Assembly (NCBI GenBank): GCA_947625435.1
Contig: CANQOI010000004.1
Location: 1 to 62,095 of the forward strand
Reading direction: 5' to 3'
Length of the DNA stretch: 62,095 nucleotides
Origin: an uncultured Clostridia bacterium
GTDB taxonomy: Bacteria; Bacillota; Clostridia; UBA1212; UBA1255
A model generated the notes under the pieces. That model worked only from the letters and a program-made list of their open reading frames with translations, made no database searches and had not been told where the DNA came from. Position 1 is the first letter of the stretch. The number at the start of each line of letters is the position of its first letter. The translations under genes were made by a program, and so were the position numbers. Positions 28,290 through 36,166 of the stretch are shown one piece after another.

Positions 28290-28448
28290 GGCGCGTTAAG
28301 AGGAGACGGTATCTCACACCTTGGCCGATGACAGTATCAGCGGGTCACACGCAAATGATATTATCCGTTATTGAGCATTTTGAACGGGTAGTATGATGCG
28401 TATATTGGTGCGGCGGACCGTAGTACTCGGTTCGCCGCTTTAATTTTA
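28290..28448 (+). promoter_or_regulatory. L20-leader-type transcription attenuator upstream of infC
   Basis: A long structured leader ends in an 11-bp terminator hairpin (28410-28420 with 28428-28438) plus TTTAATTTT, immediately before the infC SD. Its position matches the Firmicute L20 leader. Confidence 0.55.
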
Positions 28449-28463
28449 CGGAGGTGTTCGGCT

Positions 28464-28973
28464 ATTAACAAAAATGAATTGATGGTAAACGAGGAGATAA
28501 GAGAGAATGAGGTCAGACTCATCGATGAGGACGGCAGTTTAGTCGGTATAATGTCATCCGATAAAGCGCTCGAGATAGCTTATCAGAAGAACCTGGACAT
28601 GGTCCTTATAGCGCCTGCGGCCAAGCCGCCCGTGTGCAGGATAATGGATTATAACAAGTACGTTTTTGATATGTCTAAGAAAGAGCGCGAGAACCGTAAG
28701 AACCAGAAGGTAATAAACATAAAGGAAGTACGTCTCGGTCTCGGTATAGGAGAGCACGATTTTCAGGTAAAGGTGAAGGGTGCGGTCAAGTTTTTACAGG
28801 ACGGAGACAAGGTCAAGCTCACTGTACGGTTCGGCGGGCGCGAGATGAACCATACATCCGACGGCGAAGTGCTCATCGACAGATTCGCTGATGCCGTCAG
28901 GGAATACGGCGTGATGGACAAGAGACCGAAGCTTGAAGGAAGAAGAATGACAGTGATCATCAATGCAAAATAA
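28464..28973 (+). CDS. infC: Translation initiation factor IF-3, ATT start codon
   Basis: GGAGGTG SD, 7 nt, then ATT (28464), giving (M)NKNELMVNEEIRENEVRLIDEDG.., the canonical IF-3 N-terminus. The first ATG (28479) would remove conserved residues. Confidence 0.9.
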   Translation: MNKNELMVNEEIRENEVRLIDEDGSLVGIMSSDKALEIAYQKNLDMVLIAPAAKPPVCRIMDYNKYVFDMSKKERENRKNQKVINIKEVRLGLGIGEHDFQVKVKGAVKFLQDGDKVKLTVRFGGREMNHTSDGEVLIDRFADAVREYGVMDKRPKLEGRRMTVIINAK

Positions 28974-29032
28974 GGTTGCAGCCGAAGCTGTAAGACCGGA
29001 CAATTTATAAATCAGAAAGGACAGAGATCTAT

Positions 29033-29233
29033 ATGCCTAAAGTAAAAACACACAGCGCTTCAAAGAAAAGATTCAGAATCAGTGCGAACGGTAAAGTCAA
29101 GATGAGCCATGCATGCAGACGCCACAGACTCGTGAGCAAGCCGCGCAAAGCAAAGAAGGGCCACAAGATGCCTGCTTTCGCATCCGATTCAAATGCAGCA
29201 ACAGTTAAGAAAATGCTGCCGTATATAAAATGA
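29033..29233 (+). CDS. rpmI: 50S ribosomal protein L35
   Basis: MPKVKTHSASKKRFRISANGKVK.. Confidence 0.95.
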   Translation: MPKVKTHSASKKRFRISANGKVKMSHACRRHRLVSKPRKAKKGHKMPAFASDSNAATVKKMLPYIK

Positions 29234-29251
29234 CAGGGAGGTTGTTGTGTA

Positions 29252-29599
29252 ATGTCAAGAGTTAAGAATTCAGTTGCCACAAGAGCAAGACGCAAGAGAG
29301 TATTGAAGCTTGCGAAGGGATATTTCGGAAGAAAGAGCACAGTGTACAGAACAGCCAATCAGGCAGTCATCAAGTCCGCGATGTACGCTTACAGAGACAG
29401 AAGAGCAAACAAGAGGAACTTCAGAAAGCTCTGGATAGCGAGGATCAATGCCGCCGCGAGAATGAACGGTATGTCGTACAGCACGTTCATGCACGCACTC
29501 AAAGTAAACGGCATATCGCTCGACAGGAAGATACTCGCAGATATGGCAGTAAACAACAGCGAAGCTTTCGCACAGCTCGTCGCTAAGGTTAAGGCCTGA
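29252..29599 (+). CDS. rplT: 50S ribosomal protein L20
   Basis: [26 protein letters not shown].. Confidence 0.95.
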   Translation: MSRVKNSVATRARRKRVLKLAKGYFGRKSTVYRTANQAVIKSAMYAYRDRRANKRNFRKLWIARINAAARMNGMSYSTFMHALKVNGISLDRKILADMAVNNSEAFAQLVAKVKA

Positions 29600-29620
29600 C
29601 GGCAGAAAAAAGTATATTTT

Positions 29621-29663
29621 ATCCCGCATCGTGATCTTATTGGGAACATGCGGGATTCTTTAT
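29621..29663 (+). terminator. Terminator-like hairpin after rplT
   Basis: ATCCCGCAT (29621-29629) pairs with ATGCGGGAT (29648-29656), followed by TCTTTAT. The 3' arm covers the first ATG of the next ORF. Confidence 0.45.
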
Positions 29664-30478
29664 GGTATAAAATGGACGGCACGGTACTGACATCCAAAAA
29701 CAATGAGACAGTTAAATACATATCCTCTCTCTCCGACAAACACGCAAGAGAGGAGCACTCTTGTTTTGTGCTCGAAGGCCTCAGGGCGGTGTCCGAGGCA
29801 GTATATGCGGGACAGGCCGAGATGCTCGTATTTTCACAGACATTTTACACATCGCATCGGAACAGCAGTATATTGAGAGATTCCCGCGCAAAAAAATATG
29901 TGCTGTCCGACAGTCTGTTCGGAAGCATATCGGGAACGAAGACGCCTCAGGGAGCGGCGGCGGTGTGCCGCATAAAAAAGCACGATCTCCACTGCGTCCT
30001 GAGCGAAGAGAGCAGGATACTGCTGCTTGAAGATCTGCAGGACCCGGGTAATATGGGCACCGTGATAAGGACGGCGGCAGCGGCGGGCTTTAAAGGGATA
30101 ATATGCTCAGACGGTTGTGTCGACGTATATAATCCCAAGGTCTCGCGCTCGACTGCGGGGTGCATATTCAGAGAAAAGATCATACAGTGCCGCCGGGATG
30201 TGATAAATGCAGCCGATGAGATAAAGCATTCGGGATACAAAATATACGCCGCTCATCCGAGGGGCGGTACGGATCTGTTTAAAACGCATTTCGACGGTAA
30301 GATATGCATAGCTCTCGGAAATGAGGCGAGGGGCCTTTCGGAAAGGATGCTGAGAGCTTGCGACGGACTCGTAACGATACATATGGAGCAGGGAGTCGAA
30401 TCGCTGAACGCATCGGTCGCGGCGGCTCTCATGATGTATGAAACAGTAAGACAAAAGAATGATTTGACAGGAGGATAA
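29648..30478 (+). CDS. TrmH/SpoU-family RNA 2'-O-methyltransferase (RlmB/YsgA-like)
   Basis: A SpoU substrate-binding N-domain followed by LEDLQDPGNMGTVIRTAAA, ALGNEARGL and SLNASVAAA motifs. An alternative start is ATG 29672. Confidence 0.85.
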   Translation: MRDSLWYKMDGTVLTSKNNETVKYISSLSDKHAREEHSCFVLEGLRAVSEAVYAGQAEMLVFSQTFYTSHRNSSILRDSRAKKYVLSDSLFGSISGTKTPQGAAAVCRIKKHDLHCVLSEESRILLLEDLQDPGNMGTVIRTAAAAGFKGIICSDGCVDVYNPKVSRSTAGCIFREKIIQCRRDVINAADEIKHSGYKIYAAHPRGGTDLFKTHFDGKICIALGNEARGLSERMLRACDGLVTIHMEQGVESLNASVAAALMMYETVRQKNDLTGG

Positions 30479-30481
30479 GCT

Positions 30482-30973
30482 ATGGGAATTTATAAGGACT
30501 GGGAGGATCATCTTAAAAGCCTGAAACCGCAGGCAGCTAAGAAATTCATGGAAGACTACTACGACAGGGAAAAGGATGCGTACGCGTATATTCTCGCAAA
30601 CAAAAAGAACAGGATATCCGGAAAGGCGTCGGATATCGCCGCCGAGCTCAAACTGACGGATACGGAGCTTGCGGGATTCTTAGACGGTATAAATACATCG
30701 CTCGAGACTGAATTGGATATCGATTCCGTAGAGGCGGATACGGAGCTGGATCTCAGTATACTCTGGAATGAACTTTACAAAAACATGCATAAGGCCAAAG
30801 CGGACTGGCTTTACGGGCTTTCCGAATGGGACGGCATCTTCACGAAGGAAGAACAGGACACATTGCTCCGCGAATACAGAAAGTCCGTACAGGCCGTGAG
30901 CCACAAGGTAGGCAGGAACGATCCCTGCCCGTGCGGAAGCGGTCTCAAGTACAAAAACTGCTGCGGCGCATGA
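30482..30973 (+). CDS. SEC-C motif domain protein
   Basis: The C-terminal [20 protein letters not shown] is the SEC-C metal-binding motif. Confidence 0.7.
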   Translation: MGIYKDWEDHLKSLKPQAAKKFMEDYYDREKDAYAYILANKKNRISGKASDIAAELKLTDTELAGFLDGINTSLETELDIDSVEADTELDLSILWNELYKNMHKAKADWLYGLSEWDGIFTKEEQDTLLREYRKSVQAVSHKVGRNDPCPCGSGLKYKNCCGA

Positions 30974-30979
30974 ACCGCA

Positions 30980-32020
30980 TCAGAGAACGGACGCGAAGCA
31001 TGAGATGATATCCTCGGCCGCCTCGCGGGGATCGGCGATCATTTTACCTCCCGCGGCGAGCAGGGCCACGGCGCTGCGCACACAGCGGTCTATATCTTCA
31101 TATGACAGACGGCAGCCCTGAAGGCTGCTTTTTAATATGTCCGCAAGAGATGCGTCCATGGCGTCCGTATAAATTTCTATATTCCCGATAATGCCCTTTT
31201 CGGCAGTCATGAACACCTCGATGCCGCCCCACGAAAAGCGCGATTCAAAGCTTGAATTGAATTCGGGAGTCTCACCGAGCCTCCATTCCCATGACGAATA
31301 TTTATCGTAAAGAGGCCTGACTGCTGCGGGGGCGCTGTCTTCGGAAAACGTATATTCGCATTGCCACGCACCGTAAATATCCCTGAAGGATTCCTTTAAC
31401 GCCTGAGCCATGAGAGAGGGGCTGATATCCGGATTGAGCTCGCAGAGGTTCACGACCCTCGAACGCACGGAATCGACGCCCTTTGCCTGCATCTTGGCCT
31501 TCGATACATTGAGATACCTCGCCATTTTGGAGGAATCCGTATCGAGCAGGAGCGTGCCGTGCATAAGGCCGGTGTCTTTAACGAAGCGGAATGCGTTCCC
31601 CGAAAATTTTCTCCCGTCCGCGGTCACTATATCATTCCTGCCGGTAAAATGCGCATCGATCCCGCACCGCTTCACGGCGCCTATTATAACGCTGAGATGC
31701 TTTTCAAGGTCATAAAGGCCTGAAGATGTGATGAACGTATAACACATATTGCCGAGATCCTGATATACAGCTCCTCCGCCGGATGACCGCCTCGCAAGTC
31801 TGCCGCCGTCCGATTCGAGTTCGGTCACGCGGCACTCCTTCCATGCATTCTGGGATTTGCCTATTACGACCGTATTCTGATTCTGCCACAAGTAAAGTAT
31901 GACGGTATCATCCTCCGCCGAATCGAATAGGTACTCTTCGACCGCAAGATTGAACCACGGATCGTGAGAAAGAGAAGAAACAAGTTTGATATTTATCTTT
32001 TTATCGGTGCCCGGCGCCAT
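30980..32020 (-). CDS. lplA: Lipoate--protein ligase
   Basis: 346 aa with WFNLAVEEYLF, LWQNQNTVVIGKSQN, RRSSGGGAVYQDLGN and GRKFSGNA motifs. Confidence 0.85.
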   Translation of the reverse strand: MAPGTDKKINIKLVSSLSHDPWFNLAVEEYLFDSAEDDTVILYLWQNQNTVVIGKSQNAWKECRVTELESDGGRLARRSSGGGAVYQDLGNMCYTFITSSGLYDLEKHLSVIIGAVKRCGIDAHFTGRNDIVTADGRKFSGNAFRFVKDTGLMHGTLLLDTDSSKMARYLNVSKAKMQAKGVDSVRSRVVNLCELNPDISPSLMAQALKESFRDIYGAWQCEYTFSEDSAPAAVRPLYDKYSSWEWRLGETPEFNSSFESRFSWGGIEVFMTAEKGIIGNIEIYTDAMDASLADILKSSLQGCRLSYEDIDRCVRSAVALLAAGGKMIADPREAAEDIISCFASVL

Positions 32021-32207
32021 AGTATCATACCTTCCGTATCATGTATTTCAAGCGTCAATGATATAACAGATCACGGACTTATGCAAGGGAAGTGCTTCCG
32101 GGAGCGCCCGTGAAAATTTTACGGGCATAATGGCATTGTGAGTGTCAAACGGTGAAATGCGTACATAGTATGTTAATGTAACGAGAACGATGAAAGGAAC
32201 ACGAAAT

Positions 32208-32345
32208 ATGGCTTGCGGTTGCTTGGATTTTATAAATCAGGACTGCCTTTGGTGGATAATTCTTATCGTTGCCATTCTTGCTATTCTCGGTGATGATAAC
32301 GGCACCTCCTGTGCCGGTAACGGATGCGGATGCGGCTGTTCATAA
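32208..32345 (+). CDS. Unannotated 45-aa Cys/Gly-rich small membrane protein
   Basis: MACGCLDFINQDCLWWIILIVAILAILGDDNGTSCAGNGCGCGCS. It is below the ORF-track size cutoff. A central TM helix is flanked by CGC motifs, and a terminator follows directly. The SD is weak (GAAAGGAA). Confidence 0.45.
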   Translation: MACGCLDFINQDCLWWIILIVAILAILGDDNGTSCAGNGCGCGCS

Positions 32346-32373
32346 AGCCTTCCTGAGGTCCCGATAACACTGT

Positions 32374-32408
32374 GCCGCCGGTCATTTTAAACCGGCGGTC
32401 ATTTTTAT
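32374..32408 (+). terminator. Rho-independent terminator after the small Cys-rich ORF
   Basis: GCCGCCGGT (32374-32382) pairs with ACCGGCGGT (32391-32399), followed by CATTTTTAT. Confidence 0.6.
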
Positions 32409-32442
32409 GAGCACAAAAAATACAAATAAATTTAAAATCCTG

Positions 32443-32471
32443 TTGAAAGAAACGGACATGCGTGATATAAT
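32443..32471 (+). promoter_or_regulatory. Sigma-A promoter (extended -10) of the first GNT-repeat protein gene
   Basis: TTGAAA - 17 nt - TATAAT, preceded by TGA (TGn). Confidence 0.6.
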
Positions 32472-32531
32472 CCGTACATATGCAGAGGGGAGAGTGTGTC
32501 TTTCCCGCAAACAGTTAGGAGGTTTTTTACT

Positions 32532-33776
32532 ATGAAAAGAATCGTTTCTGTGATCTTGACATGTGCGCTTGTTATGACATCCGCCGTATTCATTTTCACG
32601 ACAAAGGCTCAGGCTGCGGGCGATCCCGAAAGTTATGTGGAGATCACCGTTGCTGCCGATGACCCGTACATCACAATAGATCTTGACGGAGGAATAGATA
32701 CGTCGAAGGCAAAATATGCCGTTATATGCTATAAAGGCGAAAGCGGTACCGCTGCGGACGGTCAGATATTCCCGAATCCTCCGGTAGGACCGAACGCTGC
32801 CGTTACATATGAAATGAACGGCAAGTGGAATAAGACGGTCGTTGATCTTACCGAGCTCGCCGGTGAGGATTGGTCGAAGGGTCTTCGCTATGACCCGCTG
32901 GCTCACAACGAAGACGGTGAGATAATAGACGTTGCATGGATCGCTCTTACCGCAACGGCTCCCGGAGCTGATTTTGACGAGAATTCATCTTCTGTTTACA
33001 AGCTCATCGACTATAATAAGCTGTTTGAAGCCGCTAACGCTTCTTCGGGCGTAAATGCCATAAAGAATGCGGAGATAAAGGGCGCCAATGCAGCTGTCAA
33101 TACCGACAAGACAGTCAACCTCGCTATTTCAAGGGGCGCAGGAGATCCCAAGAACATGACAGGCGTTGCAGGCGGTCTCGGTATCAAGCTTACTGTTCCG
33201 GAAGGATACAGGCTTAAGGATTTCGTGATCATACAGTCTCCCACATGGGCTACACAGGATCCGGATACATGCAGTGCGATCGTAGAAGTATACAAGTGGG
33301 ACAGCGACTTTGAAACGACAGTCAGCGCTGAAACCGTAGATGATTTTGAGATAGAATCACATGAAGACAATAAGGACCTGGTCCTCACATTCACCGCCGA
33401 GCTCACAGCCGGCACGTATCTCATAAACGTTATATCTTCCGGCGAGAACCCGCTCGGTCTGTGGGACGGCAATCCGGAAGAGAGTCTGGTAGCGGAATAT
33501 GAGGTTGAGACATTCTGGGACGGCCTTGAGGTTGATTGGGTGCCTCAGTCCAAGTTCACACTGGCATCTCTTTCCTCTGAAGGCGGAGATAACCCCGGTT
33601 CCGGCGATACAGGCAACACCGGCAACACAGGAAATACAGGAAATACCGGCAACACGGGAAATACCGGCAACACAGGCAACACCAATACGGCTGACGGCAT
33701 GTCGATAGCTCTTATAATAGCTGCGGCAGCACTCACGGCAACGGTTGTTGTTAAGAAGAGAAGGATCGGTATCTGA
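32532..33776 (+). CDS. Secreted protein with C-terminal (G-N/D-T)9 repeat and NTAD + TM + basic tail
   Basis: Signal peptide MKRIVSVILTCALVMTSAVFIFTTKAQA/AG. The C-terminus is GDT(GNT)8-NTADG-MSIALIIAAAALTATVVV-KKRRIGI. The start ATG 32532 follows an AGGAGG SD. Confidence 0.7.
   Translation: MKRIVSVILTCALVMTSAVFIFTTKAQAAGDPESYVEITVAADDPYITIDLDGGIDTSKAKYAVICYKGESGTAADGQIFPNPPVGPNAAVTYEMNGKWNKTVVDLTELAGEDWSKGLRYDPLAHNEDGEIIDVAWIALTATAPGADFDENSSSVYKLIDYNKLFEAANASSGVNAIKNAEIKGANAAVNTDKTVNLAISRGAGDPKNMTGVAGGLGIKLTVPEGYRLKDFVIIQSPTWATQDPDTCSAIVEVYKWDSDFETTVSAETVDDFEIESHEDNKDLVLTFTAELTAGTYLINVISSGENPLGLWDGNPEESLVAEYEVETFWDGLEVDWVPQSKFTLASLSSEGGDNPGSGDTGNTGNTGNTGNTGNTGNTGNTGNTNTADGMSIALIIAAAALTATVVVKKRRIGI
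33603..33683 (+). repeat. 9 x 9-bp in-frame tandem repeat encoding GDT(GNT)8
   Basis: ggcgataca, ggcaacacc, ggcaacaca, ggaaataca, ggaaatacc and so on. The units differ mainly at synonymous third positions. Confidence 0.9.
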
Positions 33777-33816
33777 CAGGATTTAAGTATTTTACCGGAC
33801 GGAGATCCGGTTCGGG

Positions 33817-33850
33817 ATCGGGCGGTCTTATAAGGCTGCCCGATTTTGTT
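33817..33850 (+). terminator. Rho-independent terminator
   Basis: ATCGGGC (33817-33823) pairs with GCCCGAT (33838-33844), followed by TTTTGTT. Confidence 0.5.
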
Positions 33851-33924
33851 ATGCTCATTTTGGACTTGCATTTTACGGATGCCGCGCTATAATATACTAC
33901 AAAATGTTTAAGGAGATGTTATTT

Positions 33925-34860
33925 ATGCCATTAGTTACATCAAGGGAAATGTTCAAAAAGGCTTACGAAGGCGGTTACGCCATCGGTGCGTTCAACGTAA
34001 ACAACATGGAGATAATCCAGGGCATCACTGAGGCCGCTAAAGAAGAAAATGCTCCGCTCATACTTCAGGTTTCGGCCGGAGCGAGAAAATATGCAAATCA
34101 CACATATCTCATGAAGCTTGTTGAAGCTGCCGTTATAGAAACGGGACTTCCCATATGCCTCCATCTCGATCACGGCGATACGTTTGAGCTTTGCAAGTCA
34201 TGTATAGACGGCGGATTTACATCTGTTATGATAGACGGTTCACATCACTCATTTGAGGATAATATAGCTCTTACAAAGCAGGTAGTCGAATATGCTCATT
34301 CAAAGGGTGTTACAGTCGAAGGCGAGCTCGGCAGACTCGAGGGAGTAGAGGACGACGTTAAGGTCAAGGCTGAAGACGCTTCCTACACGAATCCCGCGCA
34401 GGTTGAAGAATTCGTTACAAAGACAGGCGTTGATTCACTTGCCATAGCGATAGGCACGAGCCACGGCGCATACAAGTTTAAGCCCGGACAGAAGCCCCAG
34501 CTCAGATTCGACATACTCGAAGAGGTAGAGAAGAGACTGCCCGGATTCCCGATAGTGCTCCACGGCGCTTCATCGGTTATACCCGAGTTCGTAGAGACTA
34601 TCAATAAATACGGCGGAAAGATGCCCGATGCCATAGGCATACCCGAGGATATGCTCAGAAAAGCCGCTTCCATGGCTGTATGTAAGATCAATATAGATTC
34701 TGACCTCCGTCTTGCCATGACGGCTGCCATAAGAGAGCATTTCGTTGAAGCTCCTTCCGACTTCGATCCCAGACAGTATCTCAAGCCGGCAAGAGAGAAC
34801 ATCAAGAGACTTGTTAAGCATAAGATAGTTGACGTTCTCGGATGCAGCGGCAAGGCGTGA
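33925..34860 (+). CDS. fba: Class II fructose-1,6-bisphosphate aldolase
   Basis: MPLVTSREMFKKAYEGGYAIGAFNVNNME.., HLDHG, EGELG, AIGTSHGAYKF and VLHGASS motifs. The start at 33925 follows an AAGGAGA SD. Confidence 0.9.
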   Translation: MPLVTSREMFKKAYEGGYAIGAFNVNNMEIIQGITEAAKEENAPLILQVSAGARKYANHTYLMKLVEAAVIETGLPICLHLDHGDTFELCKSCIDGGFTSVMIDGSHHSFEDNIALTKQVVEYAHSKGVTVEGELGRLEGVEDDVKVKAEDASYTNPAQVEEFVTKTGVDSLAIAIGTSHGAYKFKPGQKPQLRFDILEEVEKRLPGFPIVLHGASSVIPEFVETINKYGGKMPDAIGIPEDMLRKAASMAVCKINIDSDLRLAMTAAIREHFVEAPSDFDPRQYLKPARENIKRLVKHKIVDVLGCSGKA

Positions 34861-34921
34861 CGGATCGCAGACGATCGCATAAGTGATTTAAGGGTATATT
34901 TTACGGGAGGATTTTTATATA

Positions 34922-36148
34922 ATGGAACGACTTAAAGGCGCCGCCATATTCGGACAGTCCGGCGGCCCTACATCGGTTATAAATGCGAGTGCGGCGGGAG
35001 TCATAATAACGGCTCTCGGACAGGACTGTATAACTAAGGTTTACGGAGCTGCGCACGGGATCAAGGGAATGCTCGAAGAGGAATTTTACGACATGTCTAA
35101 GGAAGATCCGCATGAGCTTGAGCTTCTTAAGACGACACCCTCGTCGGCCCTCGGCTCCGTGAGATACAAGCTTAAGGATGCGGACGATGACCCTACGGAT
35201 TATCTGCGGCTGTTGGATGTATTCAAGAAGTACGATATACGTTATTTCTTTTACAACGGCGGAAATGATTCGATGGATACATGCAACAAGATAAGCAAGT
35301 TCATGCAGAAGTCCGGCTACGAAATGAGAGTAATGGGCGTGCCCAAGACGATAGACAACGATCTGTTCGGTACAGATCACTGCCCGGGCTACGGAAGCGC
35401 GGCAAAATATGTGGCTACATCTACTATGGAAATATACCACGATGCGCGCGTTTACGACACGGGTATGGTATGCGTGCTTGAAGTAATGGGGCGTCATGCG
35501 GGATGGCTTACGGCATCGTCGGCTCTTGCTTCACTTAAAGGTCAGGGCCCTGATCTCATATACGTTCCCGAGCTTCCGTTCAGCAACGAGCAGTTTATAG
35601 ACGATGTTTCACGCATATATAAAAAGAACGGCAAGGTGATAGTCGCTGTTTCCGAAGGCGCGCAATATGAAGACGGCAGATTCGTTGCCGACAGCGGCGT
35701 AAGAGACGCGTTCGGACATGCACAACTCGGAGGAGTCGCCACAACTCTCGCCAACCTCGCTAAAGAAAAGATAGGCTGCAAGGTACGCGGCATAGAGTTC
35801 AGTCTGCTTCAGAGATGCGCCGCACACTGTGCTTCCCTCAATGACGTGAATGAAGCATATATGGCGGGCGAAGCTGCTGTCCTTAATGCTGTTTCGGGCA
35901 AAACGGATTACTGCGTAGGCTTTGAAAGGTCTGAAGAAGGCGGTTATCATTGCGGTATCAAGCTCATACATCTTGACGATGTGGCAAATACCGAGAAGAA
36001 GCTTCCTCGTGAGTGGATAAACAAAGAGGGCAACTTCGTGACACAGGAATATATTGACTATGCACTGCCTCTCATACAGGGAGAATCGAGGCCTCCCGTA
36101 GAAGACGGCCTGCCCAGATTCGCAAGGCTTGCAAAGATAAAGCCGTAA
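34922..36148 (+). CDS. pfp: 6-phosphofructokinase, probably pyrophosphate-dependent (Pfp type)
   Basis: FGQSGGPTSVINAS, YNGGNDSMDT (Asp rather than Gly at the fourth position of the GGDGS-type motif, the position used to distinguish PPi- from ATP-PFK), PKTIDNDL and MGRHAGWL motifs. Confidence 0.75.
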   Translation: MERLKGAAIFGQSGGPTSVINASAAGVIITALGQDCITKVYGAAHGIKGMLEEEFYDMSKEDPHELELLKTTPSSALGSVRYKLKDADDDPTDYLRLLDVFKKYDIRYFFYNGGNDSMDTCNKISKFMQKSGYEMRVMGVPKTIDNDLFGTDHCPGYGSAAKYVATSTMEIYHDARVYDTGMVCVLEVMGRHAGWLTASSALASLKGQGPDLIYVPELPFSNEQFIDDVSRIYKKNGKVIVAVSEGAQYEDGRFVADSGVRDAFGHAQLGGVATTLANLAKEKIGCKVRGIEFSLLQRCAAHCASLNDVNEAYMAGEAAVLNAVSGKTDYCVGFERSEEGGYHCGIKLIHLDDVANTEKKLPREWINKEGNFVTQEYIDYALPLIQGESRPPVEDGLPRFARLAKIKP

Positions 36149-36166
36149 TGATAAAGCCGTAAGGCG

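Noticed and set aside
32382-32906. 174-aa minus-strand ORF overlapping the promoter and 5' end of the GNT-repeat protein gene
   Set aside because: It has no SD or promoter context. It runs through a consensus promoter and a clear signal-peptide-encoding plus-strand gene, and its translation is not protein-like.
33603-33683. Short tandem repeats, considered as a possible CRISPR array or VNTR locus
   Set aside because: The units are 9 bp, contiguous with no spacers, in frame and inside a CDS. They encode a GNT peptide repeat and are not a CRISPR array.
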